Of a stretch of 64,000 nucleotides of DNA, positions 26,635-41,502 are shown piece by piece. Position 1 is the first letter of the stretch, and each line of letters begins with the position of its first letter. The position numbers and the translations under genes are program-made. The notes under the pieces are model-generated. The model was not told where the DNA came from. It ran no database searches and saw nothing but the letters and a program-made list of their open reading frames with translations. The stretch is from Octopus sinensis. Taxonomy: Eukaryota. The stretch lies in NCBI RefSeq assembly GCF_006345805.1, contig NC_043009.1:66278001-66342000 (forward strand), read 5' to 3'.

Positions 26635-27699
26635 TTCTCTCTCAAATCACATTGAAGAAGGTGGATGTAGATACATTCGCAAAAAGACTAAAAGAAATGT
26701 AAGTTGAACGAACGGCGAAGAAACATTCACGTTGGATGGCCACATCAAAGTTACGTTGCATCAGATAAGACTGCATCCGAGAAAGAACTGCGAAACCAAT
26801 TATTTTGTAAAAGATAATTTTTCATAGAAACTTTAGTGAGACGCAAAACTAACGGAGTTTCGGCAAATGGAAACCCCACCATTACATTTTCACGAAAACG
26901 TCTTCAGATTTCTGTTTTCAACAGAATTGTAATTACTTTAAACAAATAATTAGAAGCATGCATAAAAATTAATAGTTGATATTTCTAACATTCGTATCTA
27001 ATTGAAAAGATACTCTTTAAATAAAATAAAAATCATATTAGATTACAATGATTTGCTCTGAAGCTGTGTTCGACTTTCGGAAAATTATATTTAACATTTT
27101 AGGAAGTTGTATGCGGCATTAATATGTTTCCACAACATCTGATGAGAAGCCGTCTGTTAAATGTCTGCTCGATAATCATTGTGTGGGGTTTAATAACAAC
27201 ACCTAATACAAACGTGTTCCCTGTAAAATTAAGATATAAATAGTAATTAGAAAGTTTTGTCTGAGTCGATCAAAATCAGAGCAGATGTTAACCACAAAAT
27301 ATAGTTTTTGATCTTATCTAATCTCAGTTCAGCTCTGATAATTCAGACTTATATGAACGGCTTTCCAGATCTGACGTTCCCGTCTTTTTAGTGCGTGAAT
27401 TTAATGTGTCCTTTCGTTATGTGAGAAGCAGAAGGTGGGGTTTGAGAGATGTTTTGGTTTTTATTCCAACGATTCAAATGACCACACAGAGCATCCTCTA
27501 AGGATTCATCGGGATATAGTTTTTGTTGTTGTTGTTGTTTGATCCAAGTCAGTTTTGCTGGATCAGATCCACGAGGAAAGACTCAGGATTATATTGTTCA
27601 AGGTATTCTCTTATTAAAGACGGAAGAGTATGGATCTGACAGGAAGCCACCAGACGCCAGTGACGATTAGAGACCGTCAGCATTTGGATGTTGCTTTAT

Positions 27700-28078
27700 C
27701 TTTCACTGGTTCCAGCCATTTGACTGCAGCTAGGCTGGGACACCGCCTTGTAGTGTTTATTCTATCGGTCGCTTTTACTGAACCGCTACTTTATGGGAAC
27801 GTAACCACACCAACACGGGTTGTCAAGCGGTTATGGTGGACAAACACAGACACATAGACATACATAAACACAAGACACACACACACACACACACCACACA
27901 CACACACACACACACATACGATGAGCTTCTTTCAGTTTCCGTCTACAAAACCCACACACAAGGCTTTGACCCGAAGTTATAGTAGAGGACACTTGCCCAA
28001 GATCCCACACAGTGGAACTGTACCCGGAACCATGTGGTTGGGAAGCAAGCTTCTTACCCCACAGCACCGCCAGCGCCT
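27700..28078 (-). mobile_element. SINE family B, full length (diverged)
   Basis: cagccatttgactgc tail to the cagcgcct head with internal (CA)n. Confidence 0.85.
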
Positions 28079-28299
28079 ATATCTCTGGCATTCTAGCATA
28101 ATTATATTATTCTCTCATAATTCATAAATACGCCTGTATTCAGTAAGAACTGACGCCGTGCAGACATCTATTTGTTAACACACATGTTACAATATGGAAT
28201 ACAGAAAGAGATTATGCAGAAAAGAAAAACATGTAAGATTGTAAAAGCGACGTCTTTTAGTGTCATTACAAGCTTGAGCACTTATTTCATTTCTATGCC

Positions 28300-29200
28300 C
28301 CATTATCAGGTCTTCATTTGAAATGAATCATATATATATGTGTTCATTATTATTTTCGTGTAACCAGGCAAGCCCTGATGCTGTCCATAGTGTGCAGATT
28401 TTGTTACAGTCCATTGATCAAAGTTTGATGGATTTAGATCCAACGGGCAAGGTAGACCTGTTTGATGTGTAGGTAGTAACCCCGTCCTATAATAATCATC
28501 AATCATTGATTACTGTAGGTATTGGATTGATGAAGAGTGGAACAATCACGGATAATTTTATTCGCTGTTTTTTTTTGTGTTTGTAAAGAAAGTCGATTAA
28601 AAAATGTGATGTCTGGAATTCGCAATTCGGTCTCCAACTTTTTGATCATGTAAGGTTGTTTCGAGATCAAATGACCACAAGCTAATCTAAGAGATGGCAC
28701 CATGATTCGTCTGTAAAGAAAGTGACCCCCAACACAATAGCAGTATCTTCTTCGATAAATCCGTTAAACACCGTTGTTTTAAATAATGGTTTCTTTTCAT
28801 GATCAGTTGATTTTAGTCCTCCTATCATCATTATTTTGTATGGGAAGAAACGAAATTCCGTTCTGATGGCCACATGAACGATTACAAGATCAATATGACC
28901 ACATGACCGATTACAAGATCAATATCTTGCTGTTGTTGCTGTTGCCCTAACTTTCCTATTGATTTTGTTGGAGCATGAAGTTAGAAATGTCCACCGACTT
29001 CCGCTCGGTTAGCTTTGACGATCTTCCAAAACGTTCACCGTCTTCTAGTGATGGACCCCTTTTCACAGAATTTTGCGACGTGGAACAATTGTAGGGAGAA
29101 ATTTATCAGCAGACTACTGTCAAACTAAATCTGTTTGGCGACGACTTCTCGAAACACGAATTCGACCAGAAAAATGCATCCTCGATTATCGAAACTATGT
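28300..29200 (-). pseudogene. Decayed Tc1-like transposase
   Basis: FFTDESW (~28700-28720) and PCPLDLNPSNFDQW (~28410-28455) in the expected DDE/D order; boundaries uncertain. Confidence 0.6.
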
Positions 29201-29934
29201 CTTCGCCGTAAGCAAATCTGAAATACAAATAAACAGCGATTCTAAAAGTGCACACGAACTGAGATATGAATTCCGCTTATAAAACTGAAATACAAATGGA
29301 TTCCGATTGTAAAAGTGCGCAGCCATTTACGAATAAATTTTCTTAATAAAAATTGAAATTAAAATACATTTTGATTATAAAAATAAGCAGCGTCTTTACG
29401 ATCAGTTTGTAAATACAAGCATCAACAGTTCAAACAGCACATTCAACATATATAAAATCTGTGTCTCTTGTATAGACAGATTCGTATGATGATGATGATG
29501 ATGATGATGGTGGTGGTGATGGTGATGATGATGATGATGATAATGATGATGATGGTAAACATTGTTATGTGTTTGAAATTTTGCTTCTAATTGGATTACT
29601 TTTTAGTTTTCCACACATCGCTAAAAGTAAACAACAATGGCATTTAATCCGGTTTGAAGCTATAAGTCGTCCAATCTCAATATGGATTGTTATATGAAGG
29701 CTTTGACTCCACCCCTATCTCTTTAAACTTCCCTCATTCGTGTACACGGACGACTATTGCAATTAGATTTCTACCCAATTAAATAAAAATACAATTATAG
29801 AAATAGTAATACAGATCCACTCCCATCCCCGTAATACATGCTCCAGCTCTAAATAGAGTAACTATGTTGCTTGTTCCATCTCGAGGCACGCCCGGCTCAT
29901 AAGGGCCGGTTTCCTGGTTTCATTGGTGTATAGG

Positions 29935-30334
29935 TATTGGTCAGTCAAAGACGAGTTCAGCATGACATTGCCTCAACACACACTACCAATGTGACCATTT
30001 ACAATCTGGAGGAGTTTGAGGCCCTGAAAGGGTTGGGCCACTCTGCCTACAATCCAGACGTAGCTCCGTCAGATTACCACCTTTTCCAATTCATGGTTCA
30101 TTTCTTGCACCGAAGGTTCAGCAACGTGAATGAAATTGAAAACGGGTGTGAGGTGTATATTCCCTCTAAACCAGCCAATTAATATAAAAGTGGAACTGAG
30201 CTTCTGGTACAACGTTGGCAACAGACAATAGAATATGATAGGATATATATTATGAGAAGTAAACGCTTCTCGTATGTAATTTGTTTAAACAATTAAAGCT
30301 TGAAATACGAAAACTCCTTTGACTCAACCTGGTA
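29935..30334 (+). pseudogene. Mariner transposase 3' fragment with probable right TIR
   Basis: QHDIASTH..HSAYNPDVAPSDYHLF..LVQRWQQTIEYD; ends tttgactcaacctggta. Confidence 0.88.
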
Positions 30335-33023
30335 AACTCCTAATATATAGGTGACAATAGCAAATAAATACAACAATAACAACGCCACCCTATTATCTCT
30401 CTCTCTCCCTCTCTCTCTCACACACACACATCTCTATTTATGGAAGACTCTACACTTCTCTAACCCTCCGATCGTTATATAAATACGACTCTATCCGTTA
30501 ATGCTATTATAGAGAGGATTATAGCAGCTATATTTCGACACCCCGTTCTAAATAAAGATGAAAATAACAATTTATCTCCAAATGTCTTGTGATGTAAGCT
30601 ATGAATAAGTAAATATAGAAAGAAAACCTGCGTATTCACGCTAAAAGGAAATTCATCAGAATTGGCGGGTGACAGAATCAGTGATGCGGTGGACTGAAGA
30701 ACTACCACGGTGCACTTCAGTTGGCCGATTATAATATTGTCCAGCAAAATACCCAACGGGTTAACTTTGCCTTCCAGTATTCTAGGATCGATAAAATAAA
30801 GGACTAGTCAAGTAGTGGGGTGGATTTCATCGATTAAACCCCTCCTCTCAGATTTCAGACCTTCAGCTATGCATATAAGTGTATTAATATATATACTCCT
30901 CTTCAGCTATGCATATAAGTATATTTATATATATAAGTATGATTGTTACTACACTTCATATTTGCAAATAGGCGAAAGATCTAACAGAGAAAATCAAGAC
31001 GTATTTTCTTAAAGTACTTTGTGATGGTTGCTCTGTATCACACTCTATTCGCTCCCGGAGTAGTAAATGACTTCGTGGAAATCTGTACCTAACGACACTC
31101 CTGTTCACTAACGAGGATATGAAATAAACCAGAAAAATTAAATTTCATTCGGCAAGTGCCGTAAATATAAGTGCTTAATAGGGATTGAGTCGTCTGATGA
31201 TGATCGGAGATGAAACGGCTGAAAGCGAAGTGAAAATGTAAATATTAACAAAACAAGAATTTCGTTCAATAAAGGCAAGGTAAATAGTTCCGTATTATGA
31301 AGAACAAATAATCTCAGACATTTAGGTCTTTCATATGAACTTAAGACAATATAAAAGATGTCTTTTAAGCTTACAAATGGTTAACCACATTTACACATTA
31401 ATGAACACTCGCTTATAAGTTCTCTTCACACCATTCGCAGCGGGAGGGCTTCAAATCTAATAATATATAACAAAGTCTATTTCTCTATTTGACAAAAAGA
31501 TATATTACAATGTTTGGCTATGAAACATCGGATATTTTGATTGGTGTTGTATTTTTTATAACGAAAAACACGGCCTCGGTACACTAAGACATTTACTGAG
31601 TTCATTATGAGAGTTTCTGTCCTCTCTGCCCCACGAAACAAACGATTATTATAATTGAAGTTAGATTTTAGGTAACGCGACGAATTGACGGGCTTTTGGA
31701 TAAATTTCTTAGCAACATTCATTCTGGTTCTGTGTGCGTTGAGTTCAAATGCTATCGTGGTCAACAGCAACTTCATTTTCAACACTCAGAAGTTAATAAG
31801 TAAGGCCCTACACAAATACTGCCATTGGTTCTTATTTTAGCGTCATTTTGGTGTAAGCTTCGTTGCAGTGTTAGAAGGGTCGCGGAAGATTAACCGTAAT
31901 GTCCTTTCTCGTGAAACGGACAAGGTTTGAACGATAAACAAGCAAACTGTTGTCGTAGAAAAAAAAAAAGAAATTGGTGTGCTATTGGAACCGTCCAGCA
32001 ATTTATCGATGTGCAATACAGTACGGAAGGATAAAAACAAGATAAAGAAAAGATATTTCCACTGAGATGACTGCTAGACAGAAGTCGACATCGTCACCAA
32101 AGCGTTTCTTCCCAAATTCTGTGGAACCTGTTTATGGTCGGCATTTCTTGCTATTTGTCCTTGGGTTTTCGCACCACCCTCGTTTTTGAAGATCATATAT
32201 AATGCTAAATGCTCTCTCATTTTCAACGAAAAGCACAACACTTAAAATGCCTGTCAAGGCTGACACCAATTCAAGCACGGATGGGATTAGAACACTCGTT
32301 GTAAATTTCATGAGAGAGTGCTACCTCTGTAATTACTTGGAAAATTCTGGCCCCGATCAGGTTTATAATTTCTTGAGAGAATGTTTTATAATGGAGTGTT
32401 TTGCTGTCGGACTAGCAAAAGCCAGTTTATTTTTATCCGTAGTTGCACGCGAAAAGATACGCGCATGCGTATTAATGCTGTTGTTGTTGTCAATAGGATT
32501 TCGATTTAGTCGAGTTAAAATGACGAGGTTTTCTTTCTTTTCGAGCCTTTTGTGAATATCTGATGTTGTAATTGTATTAGCATCTTGTTTTCTGTTTGTT
32601 TTCTGCTTGTGGAATGTAATATTTTCTTTAAATATATAGCAGAAACCATATCTTTTCTTTAATCAAACACTCTAAAAGAAAGCTCTGAGCTGCTTGAAGT
32701 TGTTTGTAGGTGAGTAATTTTGGCTTTAAAAAAACCCTTTCATCTAAAAAAATCTTTCGCTTCGAAGAAAGATTTGCAAAAATATTTCTACTTCATCAGC
32801 ATTGAATACTGATGCAGATGCTGGTGATGGTCATGTTGGTCCTGATGGTGACTATGATGATCATGATGGTAGAAATATACCCTTAGCTCAGTTTCTTTTG
32901 TATCTTGCTTTACTAACACTGATCCCTTTGTTGGTTAAAATAAAGAAAACAGAGGAAGGATATCCACTGGGAAACATAGGGCAAAAAGGAACCGTCCCCA
33001 GTTTATGGACAACATACAGCTTT

Positions 33024-33420
33024 AAGGCGGCGAGCTGGCAGAAACATTAGCACACCGGACGAAATGCTTAGCGGTATTTCGTCTGCCGTTAAGTTCTGAG
33101 TTCAAACTCTGCCGAAATCGACTTTGCCTTTCATCCTTTCGGGGTCGATTAAATAAGTACCAGTTACGCACTGGGGTTGATGTAATCGACTTAATCCGTT
33201 TGTCTGTCTTTGTTTGTTCTCTCTGTGTTTAGCCCCTTGTTGGTAGTAAAGAAATTGGAATTTAGTCTGTCTTTATGTTCTGAGTTCAAATTCCGCCGAG
33301 ATTGACTTTACCATTCATCCTTTCGGGGTCGATAAATTAAATACCAGTTGTGCACTGGGGTCGGTCTAATCGACTGGCCTCCTTCCCCAAAATTTCGGGC
33401 CTTGTGCCTAAAGTAGAAAA
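33024..33420 (+). mobile_element. SINE family A, two body units
   Basis: Head followed by two copies of the B-box body and the ggccttgtgcct tail. Confidence 0.9.
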
Positions 33421-33519
33421 AAAAAAGAAAAATATATCTTTACAGCAAAGACAAGAATTAAATGGATTCCTTATTTGAAGCCGTCAATATATTTCGTCGT
33501 GACATTGAGATCACGTTTG

Positions 33520-34930
33520 GAATCACGAAATGAGTTAGGATGGAGATGAAGCAAGAAAAACGAAAATCATAAAAAGTACTGGAATAGAGGATGTATATAA
33601 TGATGGCAAATATGAAATTCTTAAATGTAGGAGACGTATATATGAATCTTGGATTACTGGAAACGGATTAAAACAATGAAAAGTATAGAAGTTAGAGAAA
33701 TACTCAGGAAAGATTATTTTCATGGAATGAAGATTTAAAATCCGAAATTGAATGCGACTCGTAAATAGGGATTCTATTCTAAGATTGACACTGATAGGTT
33801 GTATTTGTCCGGAAGAAATGGTGGGAGAGGTTTGATTCGTTGATAGGTTTGTGTCGAAACAGAGAGGAAAGTAGTTCAGGGCGGTATGCAGAAAATGCCA
33901 TGGAACCATTGTTGGTGTTTGTGAAGAAGTCCGGCATCATCAAAGCTGATGACTGTTTTAAGAAAGAGAAATTTAAAGAAAAAAAATAAAGAACACGAAA
34001 AAAGATACGGTTCGGAAAGGGGGAAATGTGCACGGTCAATTTGCAAGAGATACGAACGCCAAGACAGATACAGAAGGCCGGTGGTTATGGATGCGAAGGA
34101 GTGATGTGAAGATAGAAACAGAAATACTTACATACGCGGCACAGGAACAAGTAATAAGTATTGAGGACAAAGTGAAGTGCAGAAATGATAACACGAGTGA
34201 GAGCGACAAAAGCAGAATGTGTCGTGTCCCAAAAGTCCCTGATGGATTTCAATTTTTAATAACGTCCTTAACTTTACAAATAAATGCATGAACTTTTGAT
34301 GCAATATAAAGGAGATAATGATAATCAATATGCACAAAACAAACTTTGCAATACCCCTACATCACACATGAAAAATGACGTTGCTTAAATGGCAGCCATT
34401 TTCGGCTTCGCACGCCCGTGCTTTCCGAAACTTGCACCATAACACCCTCAAGAGTTTCAGACCCCACTTCTCTGATTTATCTATTGATGTTCTCTCCTTC
34501 AGTTGCACCAGGGTCTCCGGTTTGTTGACGTAAGCCCTCTCTTTCAGGTATTCCCACAAGACAAAATCTGGAGTAGTCAAATTTGGGGAACGTGAACGCC
34601 AGTTGACGTTGCTATAGCAACTACATTGTTTCTCTTGCGGTATGAGAAGTTGCCGCATATTGCTGGAAACATGTATGAGGTCTACTTTGAATGATGTAGT
34701 GGAATTGCGAATTTTGATTTAGGCATATTAATTTCCATTATGTCTTTTATATTGTTTCAAAATATCATGCATTTATTTGTAAAGATAAGGAAGTTATTAA
34801 ATGTTGAAACCCATCAGTGACATTTGGGACACCTTGTAGTATGGCACATTCTTAGTGAATGCCCGAATTTGGATAAACGTGAATGCAAAAGACGACATGA
34901 CAATGTGGTAAGAATGATCCATTAGTTTTG
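33520..34930 (+). pseudogene. Decayed RLE-type (R4/Dong-like) LINE, interrupted by a DNA transposon
   Basis: RLYLSGRNGGRGLI (~33796), GQFARD..WLWMRRSDVKIETE..AAQEQ..SRMC, resuming after 34838 with HILSECPNL..RRHDNVVRMIH (CCHC knuckle). Confidence 0.82.
34224..34838 (-). mobile_element. Internally deleted Tc1/mariner element with ~95-bp TIRs
   Basis: gtgtcccaaaagtccctgatgg...taatg versus catta...ccatcagtgacatttgggacac; WRSRSPNLTTPDFVLWEYLKERAY inside. Confidence 0.88.
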
Positions 34931-35223
34931 TGTAAATTATTAGCCAAGAGTCTGCTAATACTTTAAAAGTACCACGTCATCGAGTTGGTGTTTTTGTGCT
35001 TGTTCCTATGTTTTTTGGGGGATTTACTATATATATATATATATACAAAAATATTTATATAGTGTATAAAAATAGCGAATACCAAGAAGGAAATATATAA
35101 CTTCTTAACTCACCAGTTGTTTCAGGAAGCTCGGAATTACATAATAACCGTAACATTCATAATTTGCCGATGGAATGAGCCAAATGTCTCATTCCTTTTC
35201 CGTCTCTCCGTCTCTCTCTCACT

Positions 35224-35258
<35 letters not shown>

Positions 35259-36279
35259 ACACACACACACATACACACATCTCTCTTTCGCCCTCCGTCT
35301 CTATATGTGTGTGAACATTTTAGTGTGCAAATTCAGTATTGAAATGTGTTTGCGAACTTGTCTGAAAATTTCACGTTTTTTAATGTGTGTATATGTAACG
35401 TACTGTTGCGGATGTATGAGTGCCAATATGCGTTTGCGTATATATTAATGCATGCATTTATATATATACGTATGGGGTACATATGTATTTATATGTGTAT
35501 GTATGTGTGTATGTATGTTGCATTTGTGTACGTATGTCAGAACTCTCAGTGGTGAGTGAGTGTGTAGCAGAAAATGTGTCGTGAATGCTCCGCACCTAAT
35601 ATTTTGTTTGATCTGTTTATTAAATTCTTGAGCTTTGAATTTAAGTTTCGTTTTTTTTTATTTTATTGTTCTTCTTCTTATTATTATTTTGTTGTTGTCG
35701 TTGTTTTGGTTCTCAAAATATTTTTCTCTTCAGCAATAATGCGACTCGGATGACTCGCACACAATTAAGCTGAAATCTTCAGTTGAACAAGAGGACAGAA
35801 ACGGTGGCATAAAGAAGGAGTCGAGAATTGCTTTATAGTGTTTTGTAACATGGAACACTGGCATAAAACACACAAGAAAAGAAAAAAATAGGAAAATATA
35901 TATAAAAAAAAAATTAACTTACAAAAGAACCAAAAATGATAAAACCATCAAAAATACCCTGGAAAATCTCCCACAAAAATTACCTACGAAAAATAAAAAC
36001 GAAAGAGAAATAGAAGGAAATAAATCTTATATCGTTCTTCAAAATTAATCATTTAATTCAATTTGGGTCTCGTTTTTTATTTCTTTTCTCTCAGACTTTT
36101 TTTTTTATTATTTGTTGTTTTTTCTTTTCTTTAGGTACTTCTTCCTTCCGTCTTTCTATCTTTCAGTTCTTTCCTTCTGTCTTTCTTTCTTTTTTTTCTT
36201 TCAATCATTCTTTTCCTTTTTTTTTATTCTTTTGCTTCTTGTTTTCGGTCTTCTTGGTTCACTTAGTTTCCACTTACTA

Positions 36280-36723
36280 TTACAACCACCACCACCACCA
36301 CCAACATGATCGCCACCACAACCATAACCACCACCAACAACAACAACACCACCACCACCACCACCACCAACACCAACATCACCACCAACACCACCACCAA
36401 CACCAACACCAACAACAACAACAACAACACCAACACCACTACCAACATCACCACCACCACCACTATCACCACCATCACCACCCCAACACCACCATCACCA
36501 ATACCACCATCACCAACACCACCTGCACCACTACCAACAACAACAACAACACAAACACCAACACCGCCACCACTACTACTACTACTACTACTACTATTAC
36601 TACTAATACTCGTGGTGATATTAATGTAGATATTAATTTTAGTAGTAGTAGTAGCAGTAGTAGTAGTAGTGGTAGTAGTAGTAGTAGTAGTAGCAGTAGT
36701 AGTAGTAGTAGTAGTAGCAGTAA

Positions 36724-36789
<66 letters not shown>

Positions 36790-37385
36790 CAGTAGTGGTA
36801 GTAGTTATCACTGTGACATAATATTACTAATAATATTTTCTAACGTTAAATATAATTATTTCTAACTCTATTACTTCATGTCTTTCCTTTTCTTTTTTTT
36901 CTTTTTTTCTTTCTTTATTTTCTTCTTTTTTTTTGGCAAATTATCGGCAAAATTATCACCATCACTATCATCAACATCATCATCGTCATCGTTGCTATGA
37001 TCATGGCTGCCGTCCTCATCAACATAATAATAATAATAATAATAATAACAATAATAATAATAATGATAATGATAATAACAAAAATGATAATAATAACAAC
37101 AACAACAACAATAATAATAATAATAATAATAACAATAATAATAATAATAATAATATAATAATAGTAACAACAATCATCATCATGAGCTTCATCACTATTA
37201 TTATGACTATTACTTTTGTGGCTGTAGTGGTTTTTGTTATTGTTGTTGTTATGGTTGTTGCTGTTGTTATCATCATCATCACCATCATCATCACAATAAT
37301 CATTATTATCGAGAACATTATCATCATTATAATGACTGGCATCATCATCGTCGTCATCATTACCATCACCATCGTCATATTCGTT

Positions 37386-37417
<32 letters not shown>

Positions 37418-37525
37418 CATTATCATCGTCGTCGTCGTCATCATCATCATCATCATCATCATCGTCGTCGTCGTCGTCGTCATCATCATCATCATAATCA
37501 TCATCATCATCACATCATCATCATC

Positions 37526-37574
<49 letters not shown>

Positions 37575-37745
37575 CCATCATCATCATCGTCGTCATTATC
37601 ATCATCATCATCATCATCATCATCATCGTCGTCGTCATCATCATCATCATCATCATCGTCATCATCATCGTCATCATCATCGCCATCATCATCATCATCG
37701 TCGTCGTCGTCGTCGTCATCATCATCATCATCATCACCTCCACCA
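36280..37745. repeat. Compound trinucleotide block (CAC/CAA, TAC, TAG, AAT, CAT/CGT)
   Basis: Direct reading. Confidence 0.95.
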
Positions 37746-37884
37746 TTAATGTTTCTCCATTTTCTTCATCTGATATTTTGTCGTTATTATTTCCCTCGTT
37801 GATGTAATTGTAATTGTTGTTGTTGTTGTTGTTCGTTATCTCCTCGATTATTTTTCTAATTGTTCTATTCTTTGTCGCTGACGA

Positions 37885-37926
<42 letters not shown>

Positions 37927-38260
37927 GTTGCTGTTGCCGCTGTCGTGTCGTTTGTGTTGTTGTTAATCATTTCTTCTTCTTCTTCTTTTTTTAACATCTC
38001 TTAACAACAAATTAAACTAGAGCCCAGACACTCGACGTTCAATTAATTTTCATTACGAAGCTTTATTCTGTTTTTCTTTTTATATTTTGTTGCTTTATTG
38101 TTTTGTGTATTTTATGTTGGAATATTTAAATGCGTTAACGCCTGGATGTGTTTGTCTGTAATTGTGTGAATGTGCCAATGTACGAAGCTGTGTCTTTTTT
38201 GCAGATATGTGTATGCGTACGTGTGTACTCAGAAGACAGAAGAATGCTCTGTTAGAAGAA

Positions 38261-38299
<39 letters not shown>

Positions 38300-38549
38300 A
38301 TATACACATATATATATATACACAAGCGTACATATATATATATATATACATATATATGTATGTATGTTTGTATGTATGCATGTATATATGCTTGTATATA
38401 TGTATATATTAGTGTGTGTGTTCTTTATTTAAGTGAATGCACATGGATAGTCAAAAACATGGGCACATATACACACATCTAATAAGTGTATACACACTCA
38501 CAAACACACTCATATATATGCAGAAATTATGTGTAAATATGTATATATA

Positions 38550-39085
<536 letters not shown>

Positions 39086-39088
39086 ATA

Positions 39089-40080
39089 TACAGGATGCGT
39101 AAAATATTTGGGAACAGATTTACGTTTATAAAAAAAAACATATAAAAACAAATAATAACTTTGTCAAAAATGCTTTGAGGATAAAAATAAACCTTCTTTT
39201 CGATAATGTTATTCAATAATGCCACCATCGGCTTCAACAACATCTTCTATACGAGATCTAAATCATCTACATGCCCGAATCAAGTGGTCTTGGTTAATAT
39301 TGGACATTACTCTGACTATGGCAGTTTTCAAAGAATCTTTGGTGTAATGGGCGTGTTCATTGACCTCTCTCTCAACAACGCTCCACATGTAATAATCCAA
39401 TGGGTTGCGATCTGGGGAATTAGGAGGCCAGATGTTAGCGGTTATGTGATCCTGACAATTTTCAGCAATCCATTACTAAAGCAATATGTGGCAGGGCAGA
39501 GTCTTACTGAAACACATATGGCCTTCCATTATATACACTCCCTATCCAGAGCTTAACAATTATTTCCAGGGTTTCCGTGTACGTGGCAGAGTTAACTCTA
39601 AGGCCTTGTGTAAAGAAGTCAGGAGGCATACCATGTCCTTCATTACTGACAACCCCTAAAACCATGACAGTTTCAGGAAATTTTGTATACTTGGGACTTC
39701 AGAAGGTTCTAAACGTAACCATCTGTCATTTCTTCAGTTAACTTTTTGATCTTGGTCTTAGTTTTTTCTCGTTTGAGAAAAACCAAATCAAATCTTATGC
39801 TGCATTTTTCACTTTGCGTAAGAGAAGTTTAGATCTGATGTAAAGATTTACTTTTGGTTTTTCTTTTGTTTTCTTCATCATATAAGACTTATATCTGGTG
39901 TCTTCATGGGCAACGTTTCTGACTGTTCCTTCTGACACATGGAGATCTTCTGCAATTGACTTCATTGATTTCTGAGATTGTAATCAATGGTCTGTTGAAC
40001 TTGCTGGATAAATTCAGGTGTTCAGATGATTTCAGAGTGTTTAAAATGCTTTTTATGTTTTGATACTGGTGTAGAGGCAA
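39089..40080 (-). mobile_element. Decayed maT/DD37D-like Tc1/mariner transposon
   Basis: Minus strand DHITANIWPPNSPDRNPLDYYMWSVVEREVN..LIRACR*FRSRIEDVVEADGGIIE; ta|cagg terminus. Confidence 0.88.
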
Positions 40081-40314
40081 GGGATTTGGTTTACTTCCTC
40101 ATAACGTACAGGTGTCCATGATTACAGCCAAGACTTTCAAATTCATTGTAAGGCATAAAATCTCATCGACACATCATAAGCAACTTTATTTACGCAATGT
40201 TAAGATTAGCCATTCTTGCTCTGAAAACATCGCTTCCACCATGAAACACCATTATCGATGATAAATATCTCTGTAACGCATCTAATCAAGTACTCATTGG
40301 GTCTTATATATGCA

Positions 40315-40362
<48 letters not shown>

Positions 40363-40831
40363 AAGACAAACCAAACAGTGGTATTTTGAAATTCGATACG
40401 TACGTTTCAGGCCTGCGAAATATATGATAGGAAATGCATCCATTACGTAAATCCAGTTAAAGCATTTCATAATAGCTTGGATCCTTTACTCTGCAAGCTG
40501 TCATTTCATATCTTGCCACCTTCCACTGGTCCTTCCTCGTGTTTTTTGATAGCTCACAGCCTTTCCTATTTTTTTTCTTTTTCTCAAATAGGATCAGCCA
40601 TATTGTGTATCTGAGTCTCACGGAAGGATTGTTTAGCAGCACAAGGTGTGCCGTGGTTTCCACAGTATGACAATATTAGCGGCTCGTATTGAAGTATCGT
40701 GTATAGTAAAATGTGTGTGTGTGTAAAATAGGGTTTGTGAAATCCACTCAAGCGAACATTGACAAACAGAAGCTATTGAAGGGAGCAACGCTTCAGTAGA
40801 ATAAAATGTCCTGCAAATTTCTTTGTATTGT

Positions 40832-41150
40832 GCATATGGCATAAAGGTTAAGAGCGCGGGCTACTAACCTCAAGATTCCGAGTTCGATTCCAGGCAGTAA
40901 TCTGAATGATAATAACGAAAATAATAATGATAATAATAATAATAATAATAATAAAAATAATAACAACAACAACAACATCGAAAAATACCTTAGGAATCAG
41001 AACCCAGATTCGAAATTTCCCCAAGACACCTGATGAAGGCTGGAGGGTATATCAGACGAAACGTTGTGTTACCAACTAACAAGATGAGAAAAAATATCTG
41101 TCAAATGTAAATAATGTCTATAATTCCTCATCGCTTAAATATAGAACTGT
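40832..41150 (+). mobile_element. tRNA-derived SINE (family C) with internal (AAT)n and a 3' hammerhead motif
   Basis: A box tggcataaagg (40837), B box gagttcgattcc (40880-40891), (AAT)n, then HHR; 3' boundary approximate. Confidence 0.75.
41025..41070 (+). ncRNA. Minimal hammerhead ribozyme motif
   Basis: gacac CTGATGA a ggctg..cagac GAA acgt T gtgtt: 5-bp stem I, stem II with one mismatch, palindromic ACGT stem III. Confidence 0.75.
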
Positions 41151-41502
41151 AGAGAGTATAAAATTACAAGTAAAACAATTGAGGTATTAGTTGATTCTTA
41201 GACTGACGATAGTTAAAGAAGAGATGGGTTAGATAAATCTGTTAATATGGCGGAAGGCATATGATGGCGAATGTAAACAACGATTAAGCAATTTTAAGCT
41301 GTATTACATGCAACCCACTTGTCATCTCATCAAGACTAAATGATGAAATCAATACGAGTGTAGTTCGATGAATACTACCATATTTATACACACACAATCA
41401 ATGAAAGAAGCTTATAATTTCGCGAGAAATCAATCACTTTGACTCTCAACTCAGACAGATTAAAGAGACACAAGGGACATTATAGTATTCGTGTACTCTT
41501 AA

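Noticed and set aside
27135-27180. CTGATGA hammerhead candidate
   Set aside because: No GAAA after the putative stem II.
31188-31225. CTGATGA...GAAAC hammerhead candidate
   Set aside because: Weak stem II and no stem III/UH site; the flanks form a simple hairpin.
36239-37802. Long ORFs of 208 and 289 aa
   Set aside because: Homopolymeric translations of trinucleotide repeats with no domain or splice support.
40832-40900. Functional tRNA gene
   Set aside because: A and B boxes are present but the acceptor and anticodon stems pair poorly; treated as a SINE head.
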